A stretch of 64,000 nucleotides of DNA from Chitinophaga pinensis (lineage in GTDB: Bacteria > Bacteroidota > Bacteroidia > NS11-12g > UBA955). Of this stretch, positions 29,593-39,373 are shown piece by piece. The position numbers and the translations under genes are program-made. The first letter of the stretch is position 1. Every line of letters begins with the position of its first letter. The notes under the pieces are model-generated. The model was not told the origin of the DNA. It searched no databases and was given only the letters and a program-made list of their open reading frames with translations. The stretch spans positions 35,857 to 99,856 of the forward strand of contig CAMBFD010000002.1 in the NCBI GenBank assembly GCA_945865625.1, written 5' to 3'.

Positions 29593-31893
29593 CTAAACAA
29601 TTCTCATTTTTGCAAATTTTAAGACCAGTGTTTTAGAACCAATATTGTCAAAATTTACTTTTGCTTTTTTATTTTGTCCTTCACCTTCAATTTCTGTAAC
29701 TACACCTCTTCCAAATCGTTGGTGTTGCACCATGTCGCCAATTTTCAAGTTTGAAATGTCGCCAGGTACAAAATTTGGATCTTCAGGTGGCAAAGGAGCC
29801 GCCGTTTTTGGTGTTGTGAAAATATTTTTGTTGGAGGTTGGCTTGTTCGCCATCACAAATTGATCGTCATCGGCATTTCTTTGGTAAACACTTTTGCCTT
29901 TGAGCGACGCCAAACTCATGTCTAAATACTTCGCATCTATTTCTTGAATGAACCTACTTGGTTCGCATGGAATTAAACTTCCGTATCTAAAACGACTGGT
30001 TGCAAAACTTAAATACAGCTTTTTCTCAGCTCTGGTCACAGCAACATAAAATAAGCGGCGTTCTTCTTCCAGCTCTTGACGATTCATCAATGCCATTTGT
30101 GAAGGGAATAGATTTTCTTCCATCCCCACCAAATGAACAATGGGGAATTCTAATCCTTTGCTGGCATGGATTGTCATTAACGACACACAATCTCTGTCGG
30201 GATCTTTGTCTTTTTGATCATCGGTATATAGGGCAACTTCTTCAAGGAAGTTGGCAAGTGTTTTGTCTTTGTCGCTTTCATCATCTTCTACAAACTCTTG
30301 AATACCGTTCAATAGCTCTGTGATGTTTTCGTATTTTGAAATTCCCTCAACAGATTTATCCTCAAATAATGTGCGCATCAGGCCGGTTTGTTTGGCAATG
30401 TGCGTCGACAAATCATACGCATTGGTGCTCTCATTCATCATGATGAAACTTTGGATCATCATCCCAAAATTTTCAATTTTAGGCCCGCCGGTTCCAATTT
30501 CCGTGAAATTACGAATGTTGCGAATCACTTCCCACAACCCAATGTTGTGAGCCCCCGATAAATAAATCAATCGATTGAGCGTGGTATCTCCAATGCCTCT
30601 TGTTGGGTAATTGATGATTCTTTTGAGTGCTTCTTCATCATTTGGGTTAATCACAAAACGCAGATAGGAGAGAAGGTCTTTCACCTCTTTTCTTTGATAG
30701 AAACTAGTTCCACCATATATTCTATAATCGATACCTTGCCTTCGAAGCGCTTCTTCCATGGCCCTGCTTTGAGCATTTGTTCGGTATAAAATGGCAAATG
30801 CTTTATTAGGTAGATGTTCGGTTTTTTTATCTTCAAAAATAAATTCAGCAACGCGCTTTCCTTCATCGCTGTCGGAAGCATTGCGAATGACTTTAATTTT
30901 ATCGCCATCTTCGTTGGCGGTCCAAACTTCTTTTTCGAGTTGTTTTTTATTGTTTTTAATGACGCTCGATGCGGCATTCACGATGTTTTTGGTGCTTCTA
31001 TAATTCTGCTCGAGTTTAAAAGTGGCTACCTCGGGGTAATCTCTTTCGAAATTTAGGATGTTCTGAATGTTCGCTCCGCGGAAGGCATAAATACTTTGAG
31101 CATCGTCGCCCACAACGCAAATATTTTGAGTTACAGCGGCCAGCTTTTTGGTAATCATATACTGCACGTGGTTGGTATCTTGATACTCATCCACCAAAAT
31201 GTATTTGAATTTATGCTGCCATTTGTTGAGCACATCAATGTGGTTTTTGAACAGCAAATGGGTATTGACAAGAATATCATCGAAATCCATGGCTCCAGCT
31301 TTGAAGCAACGTTGAGAATAGGCCATGAAAATGTCGGCAAACTTACTTCTGTTGGATGCTTTATCTTGGTTGATTAATTCTTCATTTTGGAAATAATCAG
31401 TGGCAGAAATAAGGTTGTTTTTTGCCATCGAAATTCTCCCTAAAACCAAGTTTGGTTTGTACATTTTATCGTCGATATTCATCTCTTTTAAAATGGCTTT
31501 AATGAGACTTTTGCTATCGTCGCTATCGTAAATGGTAAAGTTGGAGGGGTAACCTAAACGTTCGGCTTCTTGTCGTAAAATGCGGGCAAACACGCTGTGA
31601 AAAGTTCCCATCCAAAGATTTCTTGCATTGCCACCCACAATTTTTTCGATACGGTTGCGCATTTCTTTTGCGGCCTTATTGGTAAATGTGAGGGAAAGCA
31701 CATTGAAGGGATCGGTGCCTTTGTGAATGATATTGGCAATTCTAATTGTAAGCACCCTGGTTTTCCCAGATCCAGCGCCAGCAATAATCATTACGGGACC
31801 TTCCGTATGCAACACCGCCTGCATTTGCGGCGTATTTAAATTATCTAAAAATGGAGGGATATCGGAGTTGTTTGCTTGATCTGGCCAATTCAT
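29593..31893 (-). CDS. ATP-dependent DNA helicase, UvrD/PcrA/Rep family
   Basis: 766 aa with Walker A AGAGSGKT, the DEYQDT motif, and a C-terminal Tudor-like GDMVQHQRFGRGVV. Confidence 0.93.
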   Translation of the reverse strand: MNWPDQANNSDIPPFLDNLNTPQMQAVLHTEGPVMIIAGAGSGKTRVLTIRIANIIHKGTDPFNVLSLTFTNKAAKEMRNRIEKIVGGNARNLWMGTFHSVFARILRQEAERLGYPSNFTIYDSDDSKSLIKAILKEMNIDDKMYKPNLVLGRISMAKNNLISATDYFQNEELINQDKASNRSKFADIFMAYSQRCFKAGAMDFDDILVNTHLLFKNHIDVLNKWQHKFKYILVDEYQDTNHVQYMITKKLAAVTQNICVVGDDAQSIYAFRGANIQNILNFERDYPEVATFKLEQNYRSTKNIVNAASSVIKNNKKQLEKEVWTANEDGDKIKVIRNASDSDEGKRVAEFIFEDKKTEHLPNKAFAILYRTNAQSRAMEEALRRQGIDYRIYGGTSFYQRKEVKDLLSYLRFVINPNDEEALKRIINYPTRGIGDTTLNRLIYLSGAHNIGLWEVIRNIRNFTEIGTGGPKIENFGMMIQSFIMMNESTNAYDLSTHIAKQTGLMRTLFEDKSVEGISKYENITELLNGIQEFVEDDESDKDKTLANFLEEVALYTDDQKDKDPDRDCVSLMTIHASKGLEFPIVHLVGMEENLFPSQMALMNRQELEEERRLFYVAVTRAEKKLYLSFATSRFRYGSLIPCEPSRFIQEIDAKYLDMSLASLKGKSVYQRNADDDQFVMANKPTSNKNIFTTPKTAAPLPPEDPNFVPGDISNLKIGDMVQHQRFGRGVVTEIEGEGQNKKAKVNFDNIGSKTLVLKFAKMRIV

Positions 31894-31901
31894 ACTTTCT
31901 A

Positions 31902-31932
31902 CAAAATTAGGGGATTAAATGTCCCTCAGCAA
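31902..31932 (-). promoter_or_regulatory. Helicase gene promoter (TTG-N20-TAATTTTG)
   Basis: On the minus strand the -7 box is 31909-31902 and the -33 TTG is 31932-31930, with a 20-nt spacer. The box ends 8 nt from ATG 31893. Confidence 0.5.
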
Positions 31933-31983
31933 AAAACACCGAATCAATTATTCTCAATTCTGCGTATAATTTTCAACATATTT

Positions 31984-32973
31984 TTAAGCACATGGCAAAG
32001 TAAAGGTAAACACAGAGCCTGCACCTTCGGTGCTCATCACTCGAATGGTTTCGTCATGGGCTTCAATGATGTGTTTGCATATACTCAGTCCAAGACCACT
32101 TCCTCCCGTTTCTCTATTTCTATGTTTATCAACCCTGTAAAAACGTTCAAACACCCTTCCCAAATGCTGTGAAGGAATGCCAATGCCGTTGTCGGCAAAT
32201 TCAACAATGACCTTTAATCCCGTGCTACTGAGCTTTATATTTGTTGTGCCTCCTTGGTTTCCATACTTTATTGAGTTGTATCCAAGATTTACAAGCACTT
32301 GCCTGATTCTGCTTTTATCGGCTTCAATCCAATACGGCTCCGACTTTGAATGACAATTGATTTGAATGTTTTTTTCTTTGGCTTGGATTTCCAACTCTTC
32401 AATGACTTCATTCACCAATGCTAAGATATCGAACCTCTCGGTTTCAATTTGTAAAAATCCGCTTTCGTATTTGGTGATCGTGTCGAGGTCGTTTACAATT
32501 TGTCCCAAACGATCGGCATTTTTATAGGCTTTTTTCAAAAAAAGCTCTAAGGTTTCTTTGTCTATCTTAGGGTCATCTAAAATTGTTTCAATGTAACCTT
32601 GAATAGAAAACAGAGGCGTTTTGAGTTCGTGAGCCACATTTCCAATGTAATCTCTTCTGTAATTTTCGAGTTGTTGCAACCTTTGCATTTCAATTTTTCT
32701 CGATTTAAACAGTTCTTTAAAAGCATCTTCAATATCTTTTGCCTTGCTATTTTTAGCTTCAAAAGCTTCGTTTTTTTCGATATAAATCAAACGCTCTAAA
32801 TTGTTTAAAACCTTCTTTTTACGGCGAATCCATAAAAAGCTTGATATCGAAATGCCCGATGTTGCAGAAATGATGATAAGCACCAAAATCCACCAAAATT
32901 GTTGTTCCGAAAATTCAAATACATTCAAGATACACAAAAATAACCATTTCTTGTTGTGAAAGCAAATTAACAC
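31984..32973 (-). CDS. Sensor histidine kinase (HisKA + HATPase_c), no adjacent response regulator
   Basis: H-box NVAHELKTPL, N-box LVNLGYNSIKY, and G-boxes DNGIGI and GGSGLGLSI. One N-terminal TM helix. The exact start is uncertain. Confidence 0.85.
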   Translation of the reverse strand: MLICFHNKKWLFLCILNVFEFSEQQFWWILVLIIISATSGISISSFLWIRRKKKVLNNLERLIYIEKNEAFEAKNSKAKDIEDAFKELFKSRKIEMQRLQQLENYRRDYIGNVAHELKTPLFSIQGYIETILDDPKIDKETLELFLKKAYKNADRLGQIVNDLDTITKYESGFLQIETERFDILALVNEVIEELEIQAKEKNIQINCHSKSEPYWIEADKSRIRQVLVNLGYNSIKYGNQGGTTNIKLSSTGLKVIVEFADNGIGIPSQHLGRVFERFYRVDKHRNRETGGSGLGLSICKHIIEAHDETIRVMSTEGAGSVFTFTLPCA

Positions 32974-33009
32974 TGTGTTACGCGTTTCGTGCTTCTAGTT
33001 CTTTTTGTG

Positions 33010-33017
33010 TATCTTTG
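33010..33017 (+). promoter_or_regulatory. -7 box TATCTTTG upstream of glyQS
   Basis: Exact TAnnTTTG match 10 nt before ATG 33028. It lies inside the ORF-track N-terminal extension, which argues for the 33028 start. Confidence 0.4.
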
Positions 33018-33027
33018 CGCCCAATTT

Positions 33028-34563
33028 ATGAGCGATTCAAATCTCTTCGATAAAATCATTTCTCACGCTAAAGAGTACGGTTTTGTATTTCCAAGTAGCG
33101 ACATTTACGGCGGATTGGCAGCAGTTTACGATTATGGACAAAATGGGGTAGAACTCCGCAATAACCTCCGCCAATATTGGTATTTGTCGATGACACGCCT
33201 GAATCAAAATATTGTTGGATTAGATTCTGCCATTTTTATGCATCCTAAGGTTTGGAAAGCCAGTGGTCACATAGATGGATTTAATGATCCAATGATCGAC
33301 AATAAAGACAGCAAAAAACGTTACCGTGCCGATGTGTTGATAGAAGATCATCAAGAGAAAATTCGCCAAAAAATTGAAAAAGAAATTGATAAAGCGGCAA
33401 AACGCTTTGGTGAAACTTTCGATGCCGCAATGTACCGTTCAACCAATCCCAGAGTGATGGAATATCAACAAAAGATTGACCAAATGGACAATATTTTGAG
33501 AGAAGGATTGGAAACTGGTAACCTTGCAATGATTAAGCAACTCATTGAAGATGAAGGAATTGTTTGTCCTATTAGCGGCTCTAAAAATTGGACAGATGTG
33601 CGTCAGTTTAACCTCATGTATAGCACTCAAATGAATGCTTTAGATGGTGGCGACGATCAATTGTATCTACGTCCTGAAACGGCTCAAGGTATTTTTGTGA
33701 ACTTCTTGAATGTTCAAAAAACAGGCCGAATGAAGTTGCCTTTTGGGATTGCTCAAACCGGAAAAGCCTTCAGAAATGAAATCGTAGCACGCCAATTTAT
33801 CATGCGTATGAAAGAATTCGAACAAATGGAAATGCAGTTTTTCTGCAAACCAGGAACCGAATTACAATGGTATGAGTTTTGGAAAGATGCTCGTTTGCGT
33901 TGGCATAAATCTTTAGGAACACCAGATTCAAAATACCGTTATCACGATCACGTAAAGTTGGCCCATTATGCTAATGCTGCGGTTGACATTGAATTTGATT
34001 TCCCTTTCGGATTTAAAGAAGTTGAGGGAATTCATTCTCGTACCGATTTTGACTTAGGGAAACACGAAGAATTTAGTGGTAAAAAATTGCGCTATTTTGA
34101 TCCAGAATCGAATGAAAGTTATATTCCTTATGTGGTAGAAACCAGTATTGGATTAGATCGTTTATTTTTATTAACCATGTGCCAAGCTTTTCACGAAGAG
34201 GAAGTAGATGGCGATACCAGAACCGTTTTGAAACTTCACCCTGCAATTGCCCCAGTAAAATGTGCCATTTTGCCGTTGGTGAAAAAAGATGGTTTGCCTG
34301 AATTGGCTGAGAAAATTTACAACGATTTGCGTTTCGATTTCAATGTGTACATTGAAGATAAAGACAGCATTGGGAAGCGTTACCGCAGGATGGATGCCAT
34401 TGGAACTCCTTTTTGCATTACGGTAGATCACGATAGCTTGGTGAATGGCGATGTAACCATTCGTCACCGCGATACCATGCAACAAACAAGAATTAAAATT
34501 GAAGACATTTCAAGTTTGCTTGCCAAAGAAACTGGGATGAATAACCTTTTAAAATCACTATAA
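33028..34563 (+). CDS. glyQS: Glycine--tRNA ligase (homodimeric class II type)
   Basis: MSDSNLFDKIISHAKEYGFVFPSSDIYGG is the usual N-terminus, followed by LRPETAQGIFVNF and GLDR motifs. The track start at 32989 (GTG) adds an implausible hydrophobic leader. Confidence 0.93.
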   Translation: MSDSNLFDKIISHAKEYGFVFPSSDIYGGLAAVYDYGQNGVELRNNLRQYWYLSMTRLNQNIVGLDSAIFMHPKVWKASGHIDGFNDPMIDNKDSKKRYRADVLIEDHQEKIRQKIEKEIDKAAKRFGETFDAAMYRSTNPRVMEYQQKIDQMDNILREGLETGNLAMIKQLIEDEGIVCPISGSKNWTDVRQFNLMYSTQMNALDGGDDQLYLRPETAQGIFVNFLNVQKTGRMKLPFGIAQTGKAFRNEIVARQFIMRMKEFEQMEMQFFCKPGTELQWYEFWKDARLRWHKSLGTPDSKYRYHDHVKLAHYANAAVDIEFDFPFGFKEVEGIHSRTDFDLGKHEEFSGKKLRYFDPESNESYIPYVVETSIGLDRLFLLTMCQAFHEEEVDGDTRTVLKLHPAIAPVKCAILPLVKKDGLPELAEKIYNDLRFDFNVYIEDKDSIGKRYRRMDAIGTPFCITVDHDSLVNGDVTIRHRDTMQQTRIKIEDISSLLAKETGMNNLLKSL

Positions 34564-35757
34564 ATGAACAATTCAATCGAAAATGTTTCCCTAAAGGGCG
34601 AAAAAGTCTTGTTACGCGTTGATTTCAACGTTCCTTTAAATGCGGAATTTCAAATCACCGACGATTCAAGAATGCGCGCTGCCATACCAACCATTCAAAA
34701 GATTTTGAGGGACGGTGGCTCGGTAATCATTATGAGTCATTTGGGTCGCCCGAAAGAAGGTCCAGAAGATAAATTCTCATTGAAACACATTGTAAACCAT
34801 TTGAGTGATTTATTGCAAACTCCAGTTGATTTTGCCAATGATTCCATTGGCGATCAGGCAGTTGAAAAAGCATCGGCCTTGCAAGCTGGACAAGTTTTGT
34901 TGCTTGAAAACTTGAGATTTTATAAGGAAGAAACAAAAGGAGATAGAGCATTTACAGAAAAATTAGCCAAATTGGGAACGTTTTATATGAATGATGCCTT
35001 TGGAACTGCACATAGAGCGCATGCTTCTACGGCAATCATTGCTGAGTTTTTCCCAGGCAAAAAAGCGTTTGGTTATGTAATGGCTCAGGAAGTTGAGAAT
35101 GCAATTAAAGTGATGGCAAATCCTGACCGTCCATTCACCGCCATTGTTGGAGGTGCAAAGGTTTCAGATAAAATTCTAATTGTAGAAAATCTCTTAAATA
35201 TTGCCAATAACATCATTATTGGTGGTGGAATGGCATATACGTTTTTCAAGGCTTTAGGAGGCACAATAGGCAATTCTTTGTGTGAAGACGAACGTTTAGA
35301 TACCTGCTTGGAAATCCTTCAAAAAGCAAAAGAGAAAGGGGTAAATATTTATTTGCCATTAGATTCTACCATTGCCGATAAATTTGCTCCAGATGCATCA
35401 ACCAACAATAGTGCAAGCAACGAAATTCCTTCGGGATGGATGGGTTTAGACATTGGACAACAAGCAGCGAGTGATTTTAAAGAAGTGGTTTTAAAGAGTA
35501 AAACCATTTTGTGGAATGGACCTATGGGTGTCTTTGAAATGGAAGCATTTGAAAATGGAACCAAAACCATTGCTGAAGCGGTTGCAGAAGCAACAAATAA
35601 AGGAGCTTTCAGTTTAATTGGAGGTGGCGATAGCGCTGCAGCGGTCTACAAATTTGGGGTTGAAAACCAAGTGAGTTATGTGAGTACTGGCGGTGGAGCC
35701 TTATTGGAATACTTTGAGGGAAAAGAACTTCCGGGTATTGCAGCAATTAACGCTTAA
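34564..35757 (+). CDS. pgk: Phosphoglycerate kinase
   Basis: 397 aa: RVDFNVP...MSHLGRP...GGGDS...STGGGA. Confidence 0.97.
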   Translation: MNNSIENVSLKGEKVLLRVDFNVPLNAEFQITDDSRMRAAIPTIQKILRDGGSVIIMSHLGRPKEGPEDKFSLKHIVNHLSDLLQTPVDFANDSIGDQAVEKASALQAGQVLLLENLRFYKEETKGDRAFTEKLAKLGTFYMNDAFGTAHRAHASTAIIAEFFPGKKAFGYVMAQEVENAIKVMANPDRPFTAIVGGAKVSDKILIVENLLNIANNIIIGGGMAYTFFKALGGTIGNSLCEDERLDTCLEILQKAKEKGVNIYLPLDSTIADKFAPDASTNNSASNEIPSGWMGLDIGQQAASDFKEVVLKSKTILWNGPMGVFEMEAFENGTKTIAEAVAEATNKGAFSLIGGGDSAAAVYKFGVENQVSYVSTGGGALLEYFEGKELPGIAAINA

Positions 35758-36226
35758 TTAAATTTTCCTTTTCTGCCTGAGTGAATTCAGAGCATTTTTG
35801 ATAAAAAGATTTCATCAAAGTCCACAGAGGTTCTGTGGATTTTGTGTTTTTTAGCAGAAAAGCTTTGTCTTCAGCGATGTGATTTTTCATGCCTAAAATT
35901 GTGGGAGTCTTGTATTCAAAACTAAACCTCAAGAAACGAATTTCAACATTGTTAGGAGCTAAAATAACACTATTGTTTAAATTGGAATGTGCATTTTTTG
36001 CATATTTCACTTTCGTAGAAACCCATGTCGCATTTTTTGCCTCAAAGGCTTGTGCTGAACCATAAAAAGCCCTAGCAATAGGGTCTGAATTCCTATATGG
36101 TGCAGTGAGGGATGTTAGCTTTGAAACCTCATTATGGTTCGAAATGGCATTCTGGTAGGTTTGCCTAATGAGCGCATAATTTGGAGTGGATGTAAAAAAT
36201 GAAACAAAAGAAAAAATCCAAAGCAT
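35747..36226 (-). CDS. Hypothetical protein
   Basis: 159-aa ORF with a hydrophobic N-terminus. It overlaps the pgk stop convergently by 11 nt. No family recognised. Confidence 0.4.
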   Translation of the reverse strand: MLWIFSFVSFFTSTPNYALIRQTYQNAISNHNEVSKLTSLTAPYRNSDPIARAFYGSAQAFEAKNATWVSTKVKYAKNAHSNLNNSVILAPNNVEIRFLRFSFEYKTPTILGMKNHIAEDKAFLLKNTKSTEPLWTLMKSFYQKCSEFTQAEKENLIKR

Positions 36227-36275
36227 AAAAAATAAACAAAAATAAGGGTATTTGGTTTTTGAGAATGACTTTTAA

Positions 36276-37226
36276 TTATAACCAACGTCTTCTTCGGAAG
36301 AAATACAAAGTGCTCAAAGATGAAATGATCATCAAGCCAATTGCAAACAAAAATCCGTAACGCCATTTATATTCATTGATGAATTCGAAATTCATTCCAT
36401 AAATGCTCGCAATGAGGGTAGGAGGCATGAATATAACACTGGCAACAGTAAAAATCTTGATGATTTTGTTCTGTTCAATGTTAATCAAACCCATGAACGT
36501 GTTTTGTAAATATTCCAAACGCTCGAAATTGAAACTCGTATGGTCGATGAGCGAATTGATGTCTTTAATGACAATTCTCAATCGTTCATAATCTTCGCCT
36601 TCAAACTCTTTGCTTTTTAAAATTGCCGACAATACACGTTGTTTATCGACAGCATTTTGGCGAAGTTCCATTGTTAATTCCTGAACCCTGTTGATATTCA
36701 AAATGAGTTCTTCATCTGGGTCTTTGTCGAAGGTCATGTCCTTTGACAAACCGCTGACTTGGCGTGCTAAGTTTTCGAGAATATCGGCATCATTATCCAC
36801 TCCCATTTCAAGAAGTGTGGCCATGATTTGTTTTCCGCTATGGAAAAATCTACCGGCACCTTTAATTTTCTTTACACATTCTGAAAAAGCGGTGAGGTCT
36901 GAATCTCTATAAGTAAAAAGGATTTCATCTTGAAGGATGAAGGATACAGCGTGAGAAAAAAATTGTGTACCATCGGGACTTAACTGAAGGAAGTTACTGT
37001 TGGCAATGATTTCATCATCGGTTTCGAAGTAACGCGATGAACTTTCAATTTCTAATTGTTCTTGTCGCGACTGGAATTTGAATTCAAAATGGGCTTCAAC
37101 GTCTTTGATTTCTGAAGATGTAGGATCTTGGAGGTCAATCCATACCAATTCTTCCATTGTCTCTATTTGAGACAAGTTCTGCACCTTGTGCACGCGATTT
37201 TGTCGTTTGAAATAAACGCGTAACAT
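36276..37226 (-). CDS. corA: Magnesium/cobalt transporter CorA
   Basis: 316 aa with the signature YGMNF followed by the second TM helix near the C-terminus. Confidence 0.9.
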   Translation of the reverse strand: MLRVYFKRQNRVHKVQNLSQIETMEELVWIDLQDPTSSEIKDVEAHFEFKFQSRQEQLEIESSSRYFETDDEIIANSNFLQLSPDGTQFFSHAVSFILQDEILFTYRDSDLTAFSECVKKIKGAGRFFHSGKQIMATLLEMGVDNDADILENLARQVSGLSKDMTFDKDPDEELILNINRVQELTMELRQNAVDKQRVLSAILKSKEFEGEDYERLRIVIKDINSLIDHTSFNFERLEYLQNTFMGLINIEQNKIIKIFTVASVIFMPPTLIASIYGMNFEFINEYKWRYGFLFAIGLMIISSLSTLYFFRRRRWL

Positions 37227-37273
37227 AATTTATAGTATGACTTCGGGGTTCTCCGTCCATTTTTTTATTACTG

Positions 37274-37281
37274 CAAAGGTA
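37274..37281 (-). promoter_or_regulatory. -7 box TACCTTTG upstream of corA
   Basis: Plus-strand caaaggta, 47 nt upstream of the corA ATG and directly abutting the period-7 repeat block. Confidence 0.35.
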
Positions 37282-37290
37282 GGTAAATAA

Positions 37291-37471
37291 GTTTAATGTT
37301 TAAAGTTTAGTGTTTAAGTTTAAAGTTTAGTGTTTAAGTTTAATGTTTAGTGTTTAAGGGTTAATTGGCTTATTGGCTTTAAAGAGTTCCAACAATGATA
37401 AACCTCATAACCCATTTATTATTTATATGCTTATTAGAGTTCGTCTAATCACTCTAATCCTTCTAATCATT
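37291..37471. repeat. Intergenic mosaic of short tandem repeats, copy A (period-7 GTTTANN x10, period-8 TGGCTTNN x2, period-9 CTAATCNNT x3)
   Basis: GTTTA starts at 37291, 298, 305, 312, 318, 325, 332, 338, 345 and 352, giving a 20-nt super-unit. tggcttat/tggcttta lie at 37366-37381. CTAAT occurs at 37445, 37454 and 37463. Confidence 0.85.
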
Positions 37472-37494
37472 AAATTCTCTTAGGGCATTGAATC

Positions 37495-37914
37495 TTATCG
37501 AATTAAGCAAACAATGACCCATTTTTCAGGTAGTCCCTCAAAATAGTATATTTTGTCACCGTATTTATCCGTGGCTCTGATAGTCTGATTGTCGATGTAA
37601 TAGAGTTTGTCGCCATACTTATCTTTTGCACGAATTGTTTGACCATCAAAAAAATAAAGTTTATCGCCGTACTTGTCTTTTGACCTAATTGTTTGTCCAT
37701 CGATATAATAAATCTTATCACCATATTTGTCTTTGACCCTTACGGTTTGTCCATCAAAATGATAAAGTTTGTCACCATATTTATCTTTGGATTTTAGAGT
37801 TTCTCCGTCAATATAAACAATTTTGTCACCGTATTTATCTTTTGATCTTACGGTTTGTGCTTGAGTAGATGTGGTTGCAAATAAAAGCAACGCAATAAAT
37901 AGGAAGTTTTTCAT
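37495..37914 (-). CDS. Small secreted tandem-repeat protein (6 x 18 aa)
   Basis: Signal peptide MKNFLFIALLLFATTSTQAQ, then six copies of T[VIL][RK]xKDKYGDK[IL]Y[YF][IF]DGQ, then PEKWVIVCLIR. Confidence 0.75.
   Translation of the reverse strand: MKNFLFIALLLFATTSTQAQTVRSKDKYGDKIVYIDGETLKSKDKYGDKLYHFDGQTVRVKDKYGDKIYYIDGQTIRSKDKYGDKLYFFDGQTIRAKDKYGDKLYYIDNQTIRATDKYGDKIYYFEGLPEKWVIVCLIR
37531..37854 (-). repeat. Coding 54-nt tandem repeat x6 inside the repeat-protein gene
   Basis: The six aligned 18-aa units correspond to six 54-nt DNA units. Confidence 0.85.
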
Positions 37915-38045
37915 AGAGTGGTTTCGTTAGTTTCAATCGCAATATAGCGTAATTTAACGTCAAATTAAACAGAACCTCTTTAAATCACTGGTATTATTGA
38001 GTTAGTGCGAATAGTTGGCATTATTTTTAATGGTTTGGAGTGCCA

Positions 38046-38771
38046 TTATAACTTTCCGAAAATGCTTTTAATTTTCAATTCTAAAACCCCAAAAAGAGCT
38101 TCTCTGAATATTTTGGTGCTCATTTTAGAAGTTCCAGCAGTTCTATCGGTGAAAATAATTGGATGTTCAACAATTTTATATCCTCTGCGTGATGCTCTAA
38201 ATTTCATTTCAATTTGGAAAGCATAACCGCGGAATTTAATTTCATCGATGCCAATTTTCTCTAACACTTCTCTTTTGTAACAAACAAAACCTGCAGTTGT
38301 ATCTGCAATATTTAACCCTGTAACAAATTGAACATATTTACTTGCGTAATAGCTCATTAAAACCCTGCCCATTGGCCAGTTTACCACATTCACCACACCG
38401 CCATAATATCGAGAACCTACACAAACGTCGGCCCCTTGTTCACACTTCTCAAATAAATTTGGCAATTGATCTACAGGGTGTGAAAAATCACAATCCATTT
38501 CGCAGATGTATTCATATGGTCTTTCTAACGCCCAATGAAAACCTGCAATGTACGCGGTGCCAAGTCCATTTTTATCAGCCCGTTGCAAAAGATGCAATTG
38601 GTTTGGATAAGTGTTTTGGAGCGATTTTACAACTTCGGCAGTTCCGTCTGGGGAATTGTCATCAACAATGAGTAAATCGATTTTCTTCTCTAAGCCCATG
38701 ACTCTGTGAATCATAGCATCGATATTTTCGATTTCATTGTAGGTTGGTATGATGACTAAATAAGGATTCAT
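38046..38771 (-). CDS. Polyprenol-phosphate mannosyl/glycosyl transferase (GT2, Dpm1-like)
   Basis: 241 aa: VIIPTYNEIENI...LLIVDDNSPDGT...GSRY. Confidence 0.8.
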   Translation of the reverse strand: MNPYLVIIPTYNEIENIDAMIHRVMGLEKKIDLLIVDDNSPDGTAEVVKSLQNTYPNQLHLLQRADKNGLGTAYIAGFHWALERPYEYICEMDCDFSHPVDQLPNLFEKCEQGADVCVGSRYYGGVVNVVNWPMGRVLMSYYASKYVQFVTGLNIADTTAGFVCYKREVLEKIGIDEIKFRGYAFQIEMKFRASRRGYKIVEHPIIFTDRTAGTSKMSTKIFREALFGVLELKIKSIFGKL

Positions 38772-38784
38772 TCGTGAATATGCA

Positions 38785-38792
38785 CAAAATTA
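38785..38792 (-). promoter_or_regulatory. -7 box TAATTTTG upstream of the Dpm1-like gene
   Basis: Plus-strand caaaatta, 13 nt from ATG 38771. No clean -33. Confidence 0.3.
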
Positions 38793-38822
38793 AGTTATTT
38801 TGTTTAAAATTTGAATTCGCTC

Positions 38823-39317
38823 ATGCAAACTTATACAAATAAAGCACTTTTTTTAGACAGAGATGGGGTAATTAACCACGATCCTGGAGATTACACAACA
38901 AGCCTAGAAGATTTTGTAATTTTACCGAACGTTTTAGAAACTTTAAAAAAATGGTATGATGCGGGTTATAAATTGATTGTGATTACCAATCAAGGTGGAT
39001 TGGCAAAGGGGTTATATTCTGAAGACGAGGTTCATGCCATGCATCAATATTTACAAGGCGAATGTGTGTTTAGAGGGTTTGAAATTGAGGCGTTTTATTA
39101 TTGTTCACATCACGAAGCTCACAATGGAAAATGTTTATGTCGTAAACCCGGTAGTTTAATGGTTGAAAGAGCGTTGCATCGGTTCAAAATCAATCCAGAA
39201 TTATCGCTCATGATTGGCGATAGAGATCGAGACGTAACTTGCGCAAATGGGGCAGGAGTGCGGGGAATTAAAATTGAAACAAATTCAAAAATTCCTTTAC
39301 CAGAAGAAATTTTATAA
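38823..39317 (+). CDS. gmhB: D,D-heptose 1,7-bisphosphate phosphatase (HAD, GmhB-like)
   Basis: DRDGVIN, VITNQ, a Cys-rich Zn loop (CSHHEAHNGKCLCRKP) and GDRDRD. The track start at 38811 is a TTG, so ATG 38823 is preferred. Confidence 0.75.
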   Translation: MQTYTNKALFLDRDGVINHDPGDYTTSLEDFVILPNVLETLKKWYDAGYKLIVITNQGGLAKGLYSEDEVHAMHQYLQGECVFRGFEIEAFYYCSHHEAHNGKCLCRKPGSLMVERALHRFKINPELSLMIGDRDRDVTCANGAGVRGIKIETNSKIPLPEEIL

Positions 39318-39318
39318 C

Positions 39319-39348
39319 AAAAAAGGCTTCCGTTTGGAAGCCTTTTTT
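39319..39348. terminator. Bidirectional rho-independent terminator (gmhB / TlpA-like)
   Basis: Stem ggcttcc (39325-39331), loop gttt, stem ggaagcc (39336-39342). Flanked by A and T runs. Confidence 0.8.
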
Positions 39349-39373
39349 GTTGCGATATCTGCAAAAAAATAAA

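Noticed and set aside
37291-37358. Possible CRISPR array (regular ~20-nt periodicity)
   Set aside because: The units are contiguous with no unique spacers, the repeats are 6-7 nt sub-units, and there are no cas genes. It is a simple tandem repeat.
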